A DNA stretch of 63,821 nt, taken from positions 124,180 through 188,000 of the forward strand of contig NC_135823.1 of assembly GCF_964213995.1 (NCBI RefSeq), given 5' to 3'. Below are positions 38,684 through 50,855 of the stretch, piece by piece; within the stretch, counting starts at the first letter, position 1, and each line of letters starts with the position of its first letter. The position numbers were made by a program, and so were the translations under genes. The stretch is from Mustelus asterias (Eukaryota). The notes under the pieces were generated by a model. The model was not told where the DNA came from and did not search any database. It saw nothing but the letters and a program-made list of their open reading frames with translations.

Positions 38684-40935
38684 ATAGAGTCATAGAGGTT
38701 TACAGCATGGAAACAGGCCCTTCGGCCCAACTTGTCCATGCCGCCCTTTTTTCAAAAACCCCTAAGCGAGTACCAATTGCCCGCATTTGGCCCATATCCC
38801 TGTCTACCCATCATACACATGTAACTATCTAAATGCTTTTTAAAAGACAAAATTTTACCCGCCTCTACTACTACCTCTGGCAGCTTGTTCCAGACACTCA
38901 CCGCTCTCTGTGTGAAAAAATTGCCCCTCTGGACACTTTTGTATCTCTCCCCTCTCACCTTAAACCCATGCCCTCTAGTTTTAGAATCCCCTACCTTTGG
39001 GAAAAGATATTGACTATCGAGCTGATCTGTGCCCCTCATCATTTTATAGACCTCTATAAGATCACCCCTCAGCCTCCTACGCTTCAGAGAAAAATGTCCC
39101 AGTCTATCCAGCCTCTCCTCATAACTCAATCCATCAAGTCCCGGTCGCATCCTAGTAAATCTTTTCTGCACTCTTTCTAGTTTAATAATATCCTTTCTAT
39201 AATAGGGTGACCAGAATTTCATACAGCATTCCAAGTGTGGCCTTACCAATGTCTTGTACAATTTCAACAAGACTTTCCAACTCCTGTATTCAATGTTCTG
39301 ACCGATGAAACCAAGCATGCCAAATGCCTTCTTCACCACTCTGTCCACCTGTGACTCCACTTTCAAGGAGCTATGAACATGTACCCCTAGATCTCTTTGT
39401 TCTGTAACTCTCCGCAACGCCCTACCATTTACTGAATAAGTCCTGCTCTGGTTCAATCTACCAAACTGCATCACCACGCATTTGTCTAAATTAAACTCCA
39501 TCTGCCATTCGTCAGCCCACAGGCCAATTGACAAAAACTCGTTGCAATTGGAGATAACTTTCTTCACTTTCCATTATGCCACCAATCTAGGTGTCATCTG
39601 CAAACTTACTAACCATGCCTCCTATATTCTCATCCAAATCATTAATATAAATGACAAATAACAGTGGACCCAGCACTGATCCCTGAGGCACACCTCTGGT
39701 CACAGGCCTCCAGTTTGAAAAACAACGCTCTACAATCACACTCTGGCTTTTGTCCAGAAGCCAATTTTGTATCCATATAGTTACCTCACCCTGGATCCCG
39801 TGAGATTTAACCTTATGCAACAACCTACCATGCGGTACCTTGTCAAAGCCCTTGCTAAAGTCCATGTAGACAACATCAACTGCGCTGCCCTCATCTACCT
39901 TCTTGGTTACCCCTTCAAAAAACTCAATCAAATTTATGAGACATGATTTTCCACTCACAAAGCCATGCTGACTGTTTCTCATCAGTCCTTGCATCTCTAA
40001 ATGCCTGTCGATCCTGTCTCTCAAAATACCTTCCAACAACTTACCCACCACAGATGTGAGGCTCACTGGCCTGTAGTTCCCAGGCTTTTCCCTGCAGCCC
40101 TTTTTAAACAAAGGCACAACATTTGCCACTCTCCAATCTTCAGGCACCTCACCCGTGACTATCGATGATTTAAATATCTCGGCGAGGGGACCCGCAATTT
40201 CCTCCCTTGCCTCCCACAATGTCCTGGGATACACTTCATCAGGTCCTGGGGACTTCTCTACCAGGATGCGCTTTAAGACTTCCAGCACCTCCTTCTCTGT
40301 AATATGTACACTCCTCAAGACATCACTATTTATTTCCCCAAGTTCCCTAAAATCCATGCTTTTCTCAACAGTAAATACTGATGAGAAATATTCATTTAGG
40401 ATCTGACCCATCTCTTGTGGATCCGCACATAGATGACCTTGTTGATCCTTAAGAGGCCCGACTCTCTCCCTTGTTACTCTTTTGCCCTTTATGTATTTGT
40501 AGAAGCTCTTTGGGTTCTCCTTTGCCTTATCTGCCAAAACAATCTCGTGTCCCTTTCTGCCCTCCTGATTTCTCTCTTAACTCTACTCCTACACCCCCTA
40601 TACTCTTCAAGGGATTCACTTGGTCCCAGCTGCCTATGCATGTCATGCGCCTCTTTCTTCTTCTTGACCAGGGCTTCAATATCCCAAGTCATCCAGGGTT
40701 CCCTACTTCTGCCAGCCTTGCCCTTCACGCTAACCCTGAACCCTGATTAACACACTTTTGAAAGCCTGCTACTTACCAGACGATCCTTTGCCTTCCCACA
40801 AACTCCCCCAATTAACTTTTGAAAGTTCCTGCCTGATCCCATCAAAATTGGCCTTGCCCCAATTTAGAATTTTAACTTTTGGGCTGGACCTATCATTCAC
40901 CATAGTTATCTTAAAACTAATAGAATTATGGTCAT
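38684..40935 (-). mobile_element. 5'-truncated CR1 LINE
   Basis: ORFs 39587-40537 and 38752-39567 with RT motifs. Confidence 0.95.
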
Positions 40936-40936
40936 T

Positions 40937-41915
40937 TAAAGTTTATTTATTTATTAGTCTATTCATCTATTAGGCTTACGTTCACACTGTATTATAGAAT
41001 CATAGAATACTACAGTGCAGAAAGAGGCCATTCGGCCCATCGAATCTGCACCAACCACAATCCCACCCAGGCCCTATCCACATGTCCCTACATATTTACC
41101 CACTAACCCCTCTAACCTATGTATCCCGGGACACTAAGGGGCAATTTAGAATGGCCAATCAACCTCGCCCGCACATCTTTGGACTGTGGGAGGAAACCGG
41201 AGCACCCGGAGGAAACCCACGCAGACACAGGGGGAATGTGCAAACTCCACACAGACAGCGACCCGTGCCGGGAATCGAACCCGGGTCCCTGGAGCTGTGA
41301 CACAGCAGTGCTAACCACTTTATTGACGTCACTGTGAAAATCCTCTAGTCGCCACACTCCTGTGCCTGTTCCGGTAAACTGAAGGAGAATTTTAGCATGG
41401 CCAATGCATCGAACCTGCACATCTTTGGACTGTGGGAGGAAACTGGAACACCCAGAAGAAAACCATGCAGACACGGGGAGAATGTGCAAGCTCCACACAG
41501 ACAGTGACCCGAGGCAGAATCGAACCTGAGTCCCTAGCGCTGTGAGGCAGCAGTGCTAACCACTATGCCACCGTGCTGTTCCCAATTATGAAGCAATTAT
41601 CTTGGAAACATTTTTAAAAATAATTAAAAATCAAGCAAAAAATCGACTGTGTAGGATTAAACATTGAGAATGTCTGGGGTGACATGGTAGTGCAGTGGTT
41701 AGCACTGCTGCTTCACGGCACCAGGGACCTGGGTTCGATTCCTGGCTTGGGTCACTGTCTGTGTGGAGTCTGCACATTCTCCCCGTGTCTGCATGGTTTT
41801 CTTCTGGGTGTTCTGGTTTCCTCCCACAGTCCAAAGATGTGCAGGTTAGGTGCATAGACCCGGACTGTGGCGATTAGGGGAATTTCACAGTAACTTCACT
41901 GCAGTGTTCTTGTCA
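40937..41915. mobile_element. nested and adjacent HE1-like SINEs (minus 40995-41318 inside a minus copy 40937-41580; plus 41675-41915)
   Basis: three tRNA heads and cores. Confidence 0.85.
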
Positions 41916-41918
41916 GCC

Positions 41919-42140
41919 TCACACCACCAGGTTAAAGTCCATCGTGAGCTTTCGGAGCGCTGCTCCTTCATCAGGTGAATGGAGAGGTAGGTTCACAAAC
42001 ACGGCATATATAGGCAAATACGCAATTGTAGGTTTGTGAACCTATCTCTCCACTCACCAGGTGAAGGAGCAGCACTCCGAAAGTTCGCGATTCCAAATAA
42101 ACTTGTTGGACTTTAACCTGGTGTTGTGAGATTTCTTACT
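41919..42140. mobile_element. palindromic pair of Penelope terminal repeats, each with a hammerhead core
   Basis: ~90-110 bp inverted arms around a ~30-bp spacer; intact CTGATGA..GAAA core on minus at 41942-41978, degenerate core on plus at 42054-42090. Confidence 0.8.
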
Positions 42141-42340
42141 ATAATCAACAATCTCAAACTGCAGATAAAATCTCCAATGGGGAATGAGCAACAGAGTTCA
42201 CGTTCAGTGTCTGGTGATAAAAGGGCGAATGCGCCACCCGAGATCCTGATGGAAACGTCAATCCCTTTTGCAATATTATTCAGTAATCACCTTACACCCA
42301 TCAGTTCCCAGACGGGGTCATCGGGCGAGTAAGCAGCGCA

Positions 42341-42374
42341 TGCAGTAGCCGTCCGCCGCCACCAGATGGCGGCA
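42341..42374 (+). promoter_or_regulatory. candidate CTCF binding site (core plus upstream motif)
   Basis: GCCACCAGATGGCGGCA matches the CCASYAGRKGGCR core; TGCAGTA lies upstream. Confidence 0.6.
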
Positions 42375-42477
42375 TTGCACAACTTTATTCACAAGGCAGT
42401 GATCAGAGCGGCTTTGACAACTTTCAAACTTATTCCTTCACACAGAGAAAACAGAGAAAGCTCTAACAAAATCTCAG

Positions 42478-44638
42478 ACACACATACACGCACGCAGACA
42501 CGCACACACAGACACACACAGACACATATACACAGGCAAACACACACATACACCCAGCCACGACACAGCCAGAATCTCTCTCTCTCTCACACGCATTATC
42601 TCTCTCTCATATACACACAGCCAGAATCTCTCTCTCTCAAACGCACAAACGCTCTTTCTTTCTCTCGCTCTCTCTCACACACACAGATCCAGAATCGCTC
42701 TCTCTCTCTCACACACAAAATCGCTCTCAAACACACAAACATCTTTCTCTCGCATACAGACACACACAGCCAGAAGCTCTCCCCCCCCCCCTCCCACACT
42801 GACAAACAACCAGAATCTCTCTCTCTCTCTCGCTCACACACAGACGTTCTCCCTCTCACACATCCACTATTCACACATCCACCATTCACACATCACCTGG
42901 ATCCACTACAGTTCGCCTATCGCCGCAACAGCTCCACAGCAGATGCCATCTCCCCGGCCCTGTACTCAAACGTGGAAAAGCTGGATAACAAAGCCCCCTC
43001 TGTCAGGCTCCTATTATCCGACTACAGCTCAGCCTTCATCGCCATTATTCCGACTAAACTCATCTCCAAACTCCATGTCCTCCCCCCTCTGCAATTGGAT
43101 CCTGAACTTCGTAACCCTCAGACCGAAATCAGTAAGGATAGGCAACAACACCTCCTCCACGATCATCCTCAACACCAGTGTCCCACGAAGCTCTGTCCTC
43201 AACCCCTTACTATACTCCTTATACACCTATGACTGTGTGGCCAAATTCCCCTTCAACTCGATTTTCAAGATTGCTGATGACACGAGCGTCGTGGGTCGGA
43301 TTTCAAACAATGATGAGACGGAGAACGGGAATGAGAGAGATAATCTGGTGAACTGGTGTCGCAGCAATAATCTCTGCCTCAATGTCAACAAAACGAAGGA
43401 GATAGTCATCGACTTCAGGAAGCGCAGTGGAGGATGCGCCCTGTCTACATCAATAGGGACAGAGTAGAAATGGTCAAGAATCATAGAGGCTTACAGCATG
43501 GAAACAGGCCCTTCCGCCCAACTTGTCCATGCTGCCCTTTTTTTTTAAACCCCGAAGCTAGTCCCAACTGCCTGCATTTGGCCCACATCCCTCTATGCCC
43601 ATCTTACCCATGTAACTGTCTGAACGCTTTTATAAAGACAAAATTGTACCCGCCTCAACTACTACCTCTGGCAGCTCGTTCCAGACACTCACCAACCTCT
43701 GTGCGAAAAATTGCCCCTCTGAACCCTTTTGTGTCTCTCCCCTCTCATCTTAAATATATGAGCTACAAGTTTTTAGGTATCCCGATTCTGTCTACAATTC
43801 CCGCTGCCTTGGAAAAGCAGCCAGCATAATCAAGGACCCCACACACCTCGGACATTCTCTCTTCCACCTTCTTCCACCTGGAAAAAAAGATACAAAAGTC
43901 TGAGGTCAGCTTCTTCCCTGCTGCCGTCAGACGTTTGAATGGACCTACCTCGCACTAATTTGATGTTTCTCTACACCCTAGCTATGACTGTAGCACTACA
44001 TTGTGCATTCTCTTGTTTCCTTCTCTATGAACGGTATGCTTCATCTGTATTGCGCGCAAGAAACAATACTTTTCCCTGTATCCCAATACAGGTGACAATA
44101 ATAAATCAAATCAAATCAACACACAGACACACACACAGTCAGAATCTCTCTCTCACACACAGACACGCCAGAATCTTTCTCACTTTTTCTCTCTCTCTCA
44201 CACGCACATGCACAGGCACAAAAACACACAAACCGTTACCAATCTACCCTCTGCTGGATAATATCAGAATCACACACCCACACACACAGACAGCCAGAGT
44301 TTCTCTCTCCCTCTCTCTCACACACACAGATACAATCTTTCTCTCTCTCTCACTCACACACACACATACATATACACACAGCTTTACCAATCTACCCTCT
44401 GCTGGATAATGTCAGAATTACACACCCACCACCCACCCCCTACCGCCTCCCCCCCCCGCCCCGCCCCACCACACACACAGATAGCCAGAATTTCTCTCTC
44501 ACACACACACAGACATAACCTTTGTCATTCTCTCTCTCTCTCTCACACACACACACGCGCACGCACACTTTTATCAATCTACCCTTTGCTGGACAATGTC
44601 AGAATCACACACCCACGCAGACACAGACAGCCAGAATT

Positions 44639-44689
<51 letters not shown>

Positions 44690-44748
44690 CACACATACAA
44701 GCACACACACACCTTTACCAATCCACCCTCTGCTGGGTAATGTCAGAG

Positions 44749-44783
<35 letters not shown>

Positions 44784-44905
44784 CAGAATTTCTCTCTCTC
44801 TCTCGCATACACACACACACACCTTCATCACTCTTCCCATTCCTGGATAATGCCAGAAACAGACGTATACACATTTACAGATCCATACTCTCTGCTGGGT
44901 ACTCT
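42478..44905 (+). repeat. composite (CA)n/(CT)n satellite with recurring GCCAGAAT and ACCAATCTACCCTCTGCTGGATAATGTCAGAAT blocks, interrupted by LINE pieces
   Basis: the longer block recurs near 44238, 44385, 44572 and 44717, and degenerate near 44835 and 44877. Confidence 0.85.
42893..44117 (+). mobile_element. Rex1/Babar-like LINE RT fragment with a minus-strand CR1 tail inserted (43480-43765)
   Basis: LDPLQFAYRR, DYSSAF, VPRSSVLNPLLYSLYT, IADDT, LNVNKTKEIVIDFRK. Confidence 0.88.
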
Positions 44906-45687
44906 CAGAATTTTATTGGACGCGATATTACCGGAAACAACTTGGCTTAAGATTGTTTAGTTGTTTGTTCAGTGTATCACAGGCGGTACATTGAATGTAA
45001 GATTTCCATCTCCGTTAGCAGTGGTTCCATTCTTATAGATTCCATTTCTGATCCGCCTCTCTCTTATTCGCGGCGTTTTCAATACAGCAACATTCACTCT
45101 TCGGTAAAGAGTCCGGTGCTGCAACCCCGCCCTAAACCTGTAAGACATTTTATCTGAGGGAAATATCTAGATATGCAACTCAGATTCGTATCAGTTTATT
45201 TATTCTGCATGAAACACGAATCTGGTTTCACTGGGGATATGTATTAATAAGAAAATAATTAAAGTAGAAGTAAATAAGATTATTTTTCAAATCAAAATAT
45301 CCAGTCAGAAAACGAGACTATTTGGCTGTTAGACAGGACCAATCAATCCAAGTAGACAGTTCTTCTGTATACCTGCCAGTCTCTGATGTCCCATGTTGAA
45401 GGGGAACTGTTCACAATTTCTCACTCAGTTCATGACTTCAAAAAATGGAAACCGGTTTTCTGGTTCCCCTAGCGGTGAGAGAAGAACTTGTTCTACATGG
45501 GACATTACTGAAAAAAAATCTTCTTGCGGGTGAGAAGGGTCAAGATCCCGTCTTATTGTTTTGAATAACAGCGTCTCCTAATGGCGCGCCCACACACACA
45601 CACACACACTCATACACTTACAGACTCACATGCACATTCATACACACACATACTCATATAATTAAAAATTCGCACACTCATACACTG

Positions 45688-45721
<34 letters not shown>

Positions 45722-45801
45722 TCATACTCATACACTTTCACATACACACACGCTCATAGACTGACACACACTTATACACATTTGCACACACACTCATACA
45801 C

Positions 45802-46378
45802 ATGGTCTCGCCAATGTACCATGCCTTGGGGTATCCTTTCCTGCGGGTAGACAATGTTGGCCGAGTCGCAAGAGTATGTACTGTGTACCTGGTGGATGGT
45901 ACTCTCACGTGAGATGGTGGCATCCATGTTGATGATCCGGCACATCTTGCACAGTTTGCTGTGGAAATACTCACTGTATGGTGTCGTGGTCACTGTTATC
46001 CTGAAGGCTGGCTAGTTTGCTGCGAAAAATGGTCTGTTTGAGGTTGCGCGGTTGTTTGAAGACAAGTAGTGGGGGAGTGGGGATGGCCTTGGCGAGATGT
46101 TCGTCTTCATCAATGACATGTTGAAGGCTCCGGAGAAGATGTCGTAGTTTCTCCGCTCCGGGTAAGTACTGGACGATGAAGGGTACTCTGCCCGCCGTCT
46201 CCCGTGTTTGCCTTCTGAGGAGGTCAGTGCGTTTTTTTGCTGTGGCGCGTCAGAACTGTCGATGGATGAGTCGAGCGACATATCCTGTTCTTACAATGGC
46301 GTCTTGCAGCAACTGTAGGTTTCTGTTGTGTTCCTCCCCATCTGAGCAGATCCTCTGTATACGGAGGGCTTGCCCATA
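45802..46378 (-). mobile_element. inverted Penelope fragment (RT C-terminus to GIY-YIG)
   Basis: YGQALRIQRICSD..., WYIGETM; duplicates the plus-strand copy. Confidence 0.88.
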
Positions 46379-46957
46379 CGACAACATTCCCCATGACGAC
46401 GGCATTGCTGCAACTGCCTCTGTACTTAACGCCGACAACTGCCAATTTTCAGACGCAATTCTACAACTCATCTGCTTCATCCTGGACCACAACGTCTTCA
46501 TCTTCAACAACCAGTTCTTCATTCAAACACATGGAACAGCCATGGGGACCAAATTCGCACCTCAGTATGCCAACGTTTTCATGCACAAGTTCGAACAAGA
46601 TCTCTTCACCACATAGGACCTTCAATAGATGCTATACACTAGATACATCGATGACATTTTCTTCCTTTGGACTCACAGTGAAACATCAGTGAAACAACTA
46701 CATGATGACATCAACAAGTACCCTCCCACCATTAGACTCACCATGGAGTACTCTCCGGAATCGGTTGCATTCTTGGACACACGCATCTCCATCATGGCCT
46801 GTCACCTCAGCACCTCACTGTACCGCAAGCCCACAGATAACTCACGATGCTCCACTTCTCCAGCTTCCACTCTAAACACGTTAAAGAAGCCATCCCCTAC
46901 GGACAAGTCCTCGGTATACACAGGATCTGCTCAGATAAGGTGGAACACAATAGAAAC

Positions 46958-47686
46958 TGTAAGGAATAATCATTAAGACAAATATGTAAGGAATAATCAT
47001 TAAGACAACATGTATTGGAAGGAATAATTATTAGGACAAGTAGGAGATAATAATTAACATAGAAGAGATAATCACTACTTGAGAAGCTCTCATATATCAC
47101 ATATCTTATTAAGCATACACCTGTACCCTTTTAAGTGCACAATACCTTACCAGGTCAGTACACATGGATACTCACATAAATGAACATAAAGGCTGAAAGA
47201 AGTCAAGCAAACACACAGAAGCTGAAAGTAATTTCTTAAATAAACGCGAGAAAGTCAGACAACGGGAAAAAAGACTTGGCATAGCAGGATGCCCTACAAT
47301 GGTTGAACAAACAACAACCTTGGCTGATTAGACAATAAACTTCAGATAAGAAGGCAAGATGTAACCACAGTGATATCATAGCACATTCATTTGTGACCAA
47401 TCAGAAAGAAGGCAGATAACATAGGTCTAGTAAACCATGGTGGCTAACGAAAAGTGGCCTTGGGGTCTGCAACAAAAAAAGCTTGACTGTAAGATAAGAA
47501 TGATGAAATATGAAGCTAAATGTGGATAAAAAGGACTGTCAGAGCACTGTTTTTTTGGATTCATCTGGAAATCCCGGCTTTACTGAAATGTATTAGCTAA
47601 TAAAGCCTTGCTGCCTGGAAGATCAAGACTCAGACTCTCTATTCTGATTGATGAACTCTTCTTGCCGTCCACGGGGAACCACGGCA
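46958..47686 (+). repeat. 5' LTR (729 bp)
   Basis: direct repeat of 54142-54870; CCAAT at 47397, TATA-like GATAAAA near 47525, AATAAA at 47599. Confidence 0.97.
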
Positions 47687-47690
47687 AATC

Positions 47691-47708
47691 TGGCGCTTGC
47701 GAGAGGGC
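47691..47708 (+). promoter_or_regulatory. primer binding site (imperfect; possibly tRNA-Ser)
   Basis: TGGCGCTTGCGAGAGGGC starts 4 nt after the LTR; tRNA identity from memory and not a perfect match. Confidence 0.65.
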
Positions 47709-48366
47709 AGAGTTGAGGTCTCCCGGTGACTCAACCCCGGAGGGATCGAGGGAGACGGTGGTCCGACCGGAACCGAGAAGTCCCCAGCCGGCCTTCTGTC
47801 AACAAGGTAAGCAGACTTGCATGCATGTAAATCCTTGTTGTCAGAAAGGGGTTTTCGAGGCCTGGCGCACCCGGTTCTCCACTGGTCCTGGATCTCACCT
47901 GCCCAAAAGATAACCTGCATTGGTAAACTTAAAATTGTGTAAAATATTGAGAGACTGAGTCTGATCGGAAGGGTAAATTTTGCATGTAAAAAGCACGCTT
48001 TAGTTTTATGTACTGTATTGTCCACGAATGGGTAAAAAGTGAGACGCTACAAAAACCGAACGCTAATTGATGCAATTAGGTTAGTCGAGCGGTTTGGAGC
48101 GGGCTTCCAGGTTACGACTTGCCCAAGGAGAGTAAGTGTAGGCAAGCCTGCCAGTCCAAACCTACCCAGGACCTCGGAGAGAGAGACGTCAGCCGAGAGG
48201 AAGGAGAGATCTAGGAGAGATTGGTCTCCTACCTGATATAGTAATTAAGGACCTACGTTGATCGCCGGAAGAAGAGAGGGGATAGGGAGTGAAATAAAGT
48301 AAAGGGGTTACAAGGAGAAGCCTGAAAAGGTTGATCTGGAATAGCGGTGTAAGCAGCTGTTGGTAA

Positions 48367-49932
48367 ATGTGGAGTGTAAAGCAGGATCACGACAGTGATG
48401 AATCACGTAGGAATATTGCAGTAATAGATTTCTTAAGTAGTGGTGTTAACACACATTTTTTTAGAGAAGATCTAGTAAAAATAGTTGGAGGAGGTTTTAG
48501 GGAGTGGTATGAGGGTGAGAGAAATGCCCTGCTAAGAAGAATAACTGAAGTAGTTAATTTGGAGGAAGTGAATAAGGAGTGGCCATACATAAATTGGGAC
48601 GAAATAATATACAAAAATTGGACGAGTGAAGCAGTAGAAGAAACATTGACAGAATTAATAGAAGAAATCAGACCAAGTAAGGCTCTGTTGGAAATCAGTG
48701 AGCAAGTGGAGGCATATTATCCACTAGCAGAAGAAAAAGGATTATCACCAGGAGAGGGAAGAACAGGGAAGCAAATACTGAGACCTCGGTTGGAAATACA
48801 GGTGTCAGTCAGGGAAGTGCAGTGGGAAGATAGTCCAAGGACAGAAAAAGGGAAAACAGTATATCGCATAAAAATAACAATAGTGCCAAATACCAACATA
48901 TCAGAAAATATTAAGCCGCAAGGCAGTGCAAAGAAACAGAACATGCCATATCAAATTAAGACACCGGTGGAAATTCTGGGAGAAAAGTACCCAGCCCTGA
49001 AAGGAAACATAGCCCATATCTCCCAAAAATGGACCAAAAGAACAAGTAAATTAAACACACAGTGGCCAGAGGGAGGCACCTGGTGTACAGAAAGATGTGA
49101 GGATCAGAAAGGACTGGTAAAGAACTATAAACTAAGGGATAAATCACAAAAGAGAAATCAGAAAAGAAGAAAAGAAATGGAGATACTAACATTATTTGAA
49201 AAGGAAGGAAAAGAGAAAAAGCGCATATGGAAAATGCAAATGCCAGTTCAGATTCAGGAAAAGGAAAAATTGAAAGACCCAAATATAGCCCCGCCCCCTT
49301 ATAAGGAAAACCAAGATTTTGCTGGGCTGTATCCAGTAATAAAGGGGACAGTGAATTTTGAGGGGGAATATGAAGAAAGGGACATGACCCGCGAACAATG
49401 GGCAAAGCAGGAGGTGGAAAGAAAGGTAAAAAGGGAAGAAGAAGGTGCTAAAGTGGAAGGAGAACTGGATAACATACGCCGTATGAGGCAAGAGTTAGAG
49501 GAAGAGATGGTTCGGGTAAGGGTGTTAAAATGGGCAAATAGAAAAATGGAGGAAGAACAGAGTAAAAAAGGTGAGGAGGCAGTGGACAGTGAGGCAAGGT
49601 GTGAAGAGGAGGAGGGTAAGGAAGATTGGGATGAAAAATGTAAATATAGCAAGGGAAGTGCAGGAGGAAAAGGACAGGGACAGGGAAAAGCACCCTATCA
49701 GCACCAGAGGGGACAAAACCAAGGATATAATCAAGGCCCCAGGCAGGGAGGACCACCTGGCCCTCCAGGGATATGCTGGGGATGTGGGGAAGCAGGACAC
49801 ATAAAGAGGAATTGTCCCCAAAACAGCTATAGACAAGGAGGTCAACAACAAATGAGTCAGCAAATGATGCAAGTGCAAACCAGTGACTGCCCAATGAGTC
49901 AGGGGCCAGTAAATCACCAGAGTTTCCTATAG
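48367..49932 (+). CDS. gag: gag-derived ORF (N-terminal extension, MA-like region, PPPY late domain, coiled coil, CCHC knuckle; no recognisable capsid)
   Basis: WPEGGT MA-like block, APPPY, CWGCGEAGHIKRNC; ends in a TAG-G readthrough-type context. Confidence 0.85.
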   Translation: MWSVKQDHDSDESRRNIAVIDFLSSGVNTHFFREDLVKIVGGGFREWYEGERNALLRRITEVVNLEEVNKEWPYINWDEIIYKNWTSEAVEETLTELIEEIRPSKALLEISEQVEAYYPLAEEKGLSPGEGRTGKQILRPRLEIQVSVREVQWEDSPRTEKGKTVYRIKITIVPNTNISENIKPQGSAKKQNMPYQIKTPVEILGEKYPALKGNIAHISQKWTKRTSKLNTQWPEGGTWCTERCEDQKGLVKNYKLRDKSQKRNQKRRKEMEILTLFEKEGKEKKRIWKMQMPVQIQEKEKLKDPNIAPPPYKENQDFAGLYPVIKGTVNFEGEYEERDMTREQWAKQEVERKVKREEEGAKVEGELDNIRRMRQELEEEMVRVRVLKWANRKMEEEQSKKGEEAVDSEARCEEEEGKEDWDEKCKYSKGSAGGKGQGQGKAPYQHQRGQNQGYNQGPRQGGPPGPPGICWGCGEAGHIKRNCPQNSYRQGGQQQMSQQMMQVQTSDCPMSQGPVNHQSFL

Positions 49933-50330
49933 GGAGGCCCAGAGAACCCCGAAATGGTAGGCCAGTATGTAAAATAACGGACACAGCAAATCAAGAACCT
50001 ATAATCAATGTTAGAATAGGGGGGGTTGAGATCCCCATGATGATAGATACAGGAGCTACTTGTACGTGCATACAAGAAAAATATGCAGGACACCTACCAT
50101 TGTCAGGTCAGTTTGTAAAAACTATGGGGTTCTCGGGGAAAGCAGTATTGACTCAAATGACGATGCCGGTGCCTATCACCGTTGGAAACAAAACCACTCA
50201 TGTGCCTGTGTTAGTATGCAATAAAACACCACTGAATTTGTTAGGCCGGGATGCAATCTTAGGGTTAGGGTTAAAATTAGAGTGTACAACTCAAGGAATT
50301 AATCTGACGGGCATGTACGTAATTAGGGTA
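49933..50330 (+). pseudogene. pro: retroviral aspartic protease, frameshifted relative to gag
   Basis: EPIINV..MMIDTGA..NLLGRD. Confidence 0.92.
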
Positions 50331-50339
50331 AGGGGAGAA

Positions 50340-50825
50340 GAGTGGGCCAATGTATATTGGCTAGGGGACATAGAAGAACAAATTAAAAAGCAGGTATGGG
50401 AAATTTGGGGGACATTTATAGAGGCACAGATTCCAGACGCCGAATGGCCAAAAACTGAACTACATAGCACAATGATTTTTGATAAAATACAACAGTCAGA
50501 GATACAGGAGAAGTGGAATAAAGAGGCAGGACAAGAACAGGAAATAAATTCAGACAGCATTTTAATCGGACCAGAGGGAGCAGCCCTCACAATTAGAAAG
50601 AATGAATGGGTCAGAAAATGGTTCTCAGTGCCTGAGACAGAACCACATGTTACGCTAAAGGTGAATCCTGATTACAGACCAAAGGATTTGGGATTTATGA
50701 CGTTTAGGGCACAGGAACTGGAATTTATTAAAGCAAACAATGAGAATATTTGGATGTCGACTGACGGACAAATGATGAAAATATCTGTTAATGCAAGGAT
50801 GACTGGAAGAACAAAAGAGGTAAAA
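50340..50825 (+). CDS. 2H phosphoesterase-like domain within pol
   Basis: two HxT motifs, LHSTM (His codon at 50463) and PHVTL (His codon at 50646), in frame with protease. Confidence 0.75.
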
Positions 50826-50855
50826 ATAGAGTTAAAAGATAAAGAAGTAGAGTAA

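Noticed and set aside
42366-44960. His/Thr-rich ORFs
   Set aside because: (CA)n/(CT)n translations fused to Rex1 sequence
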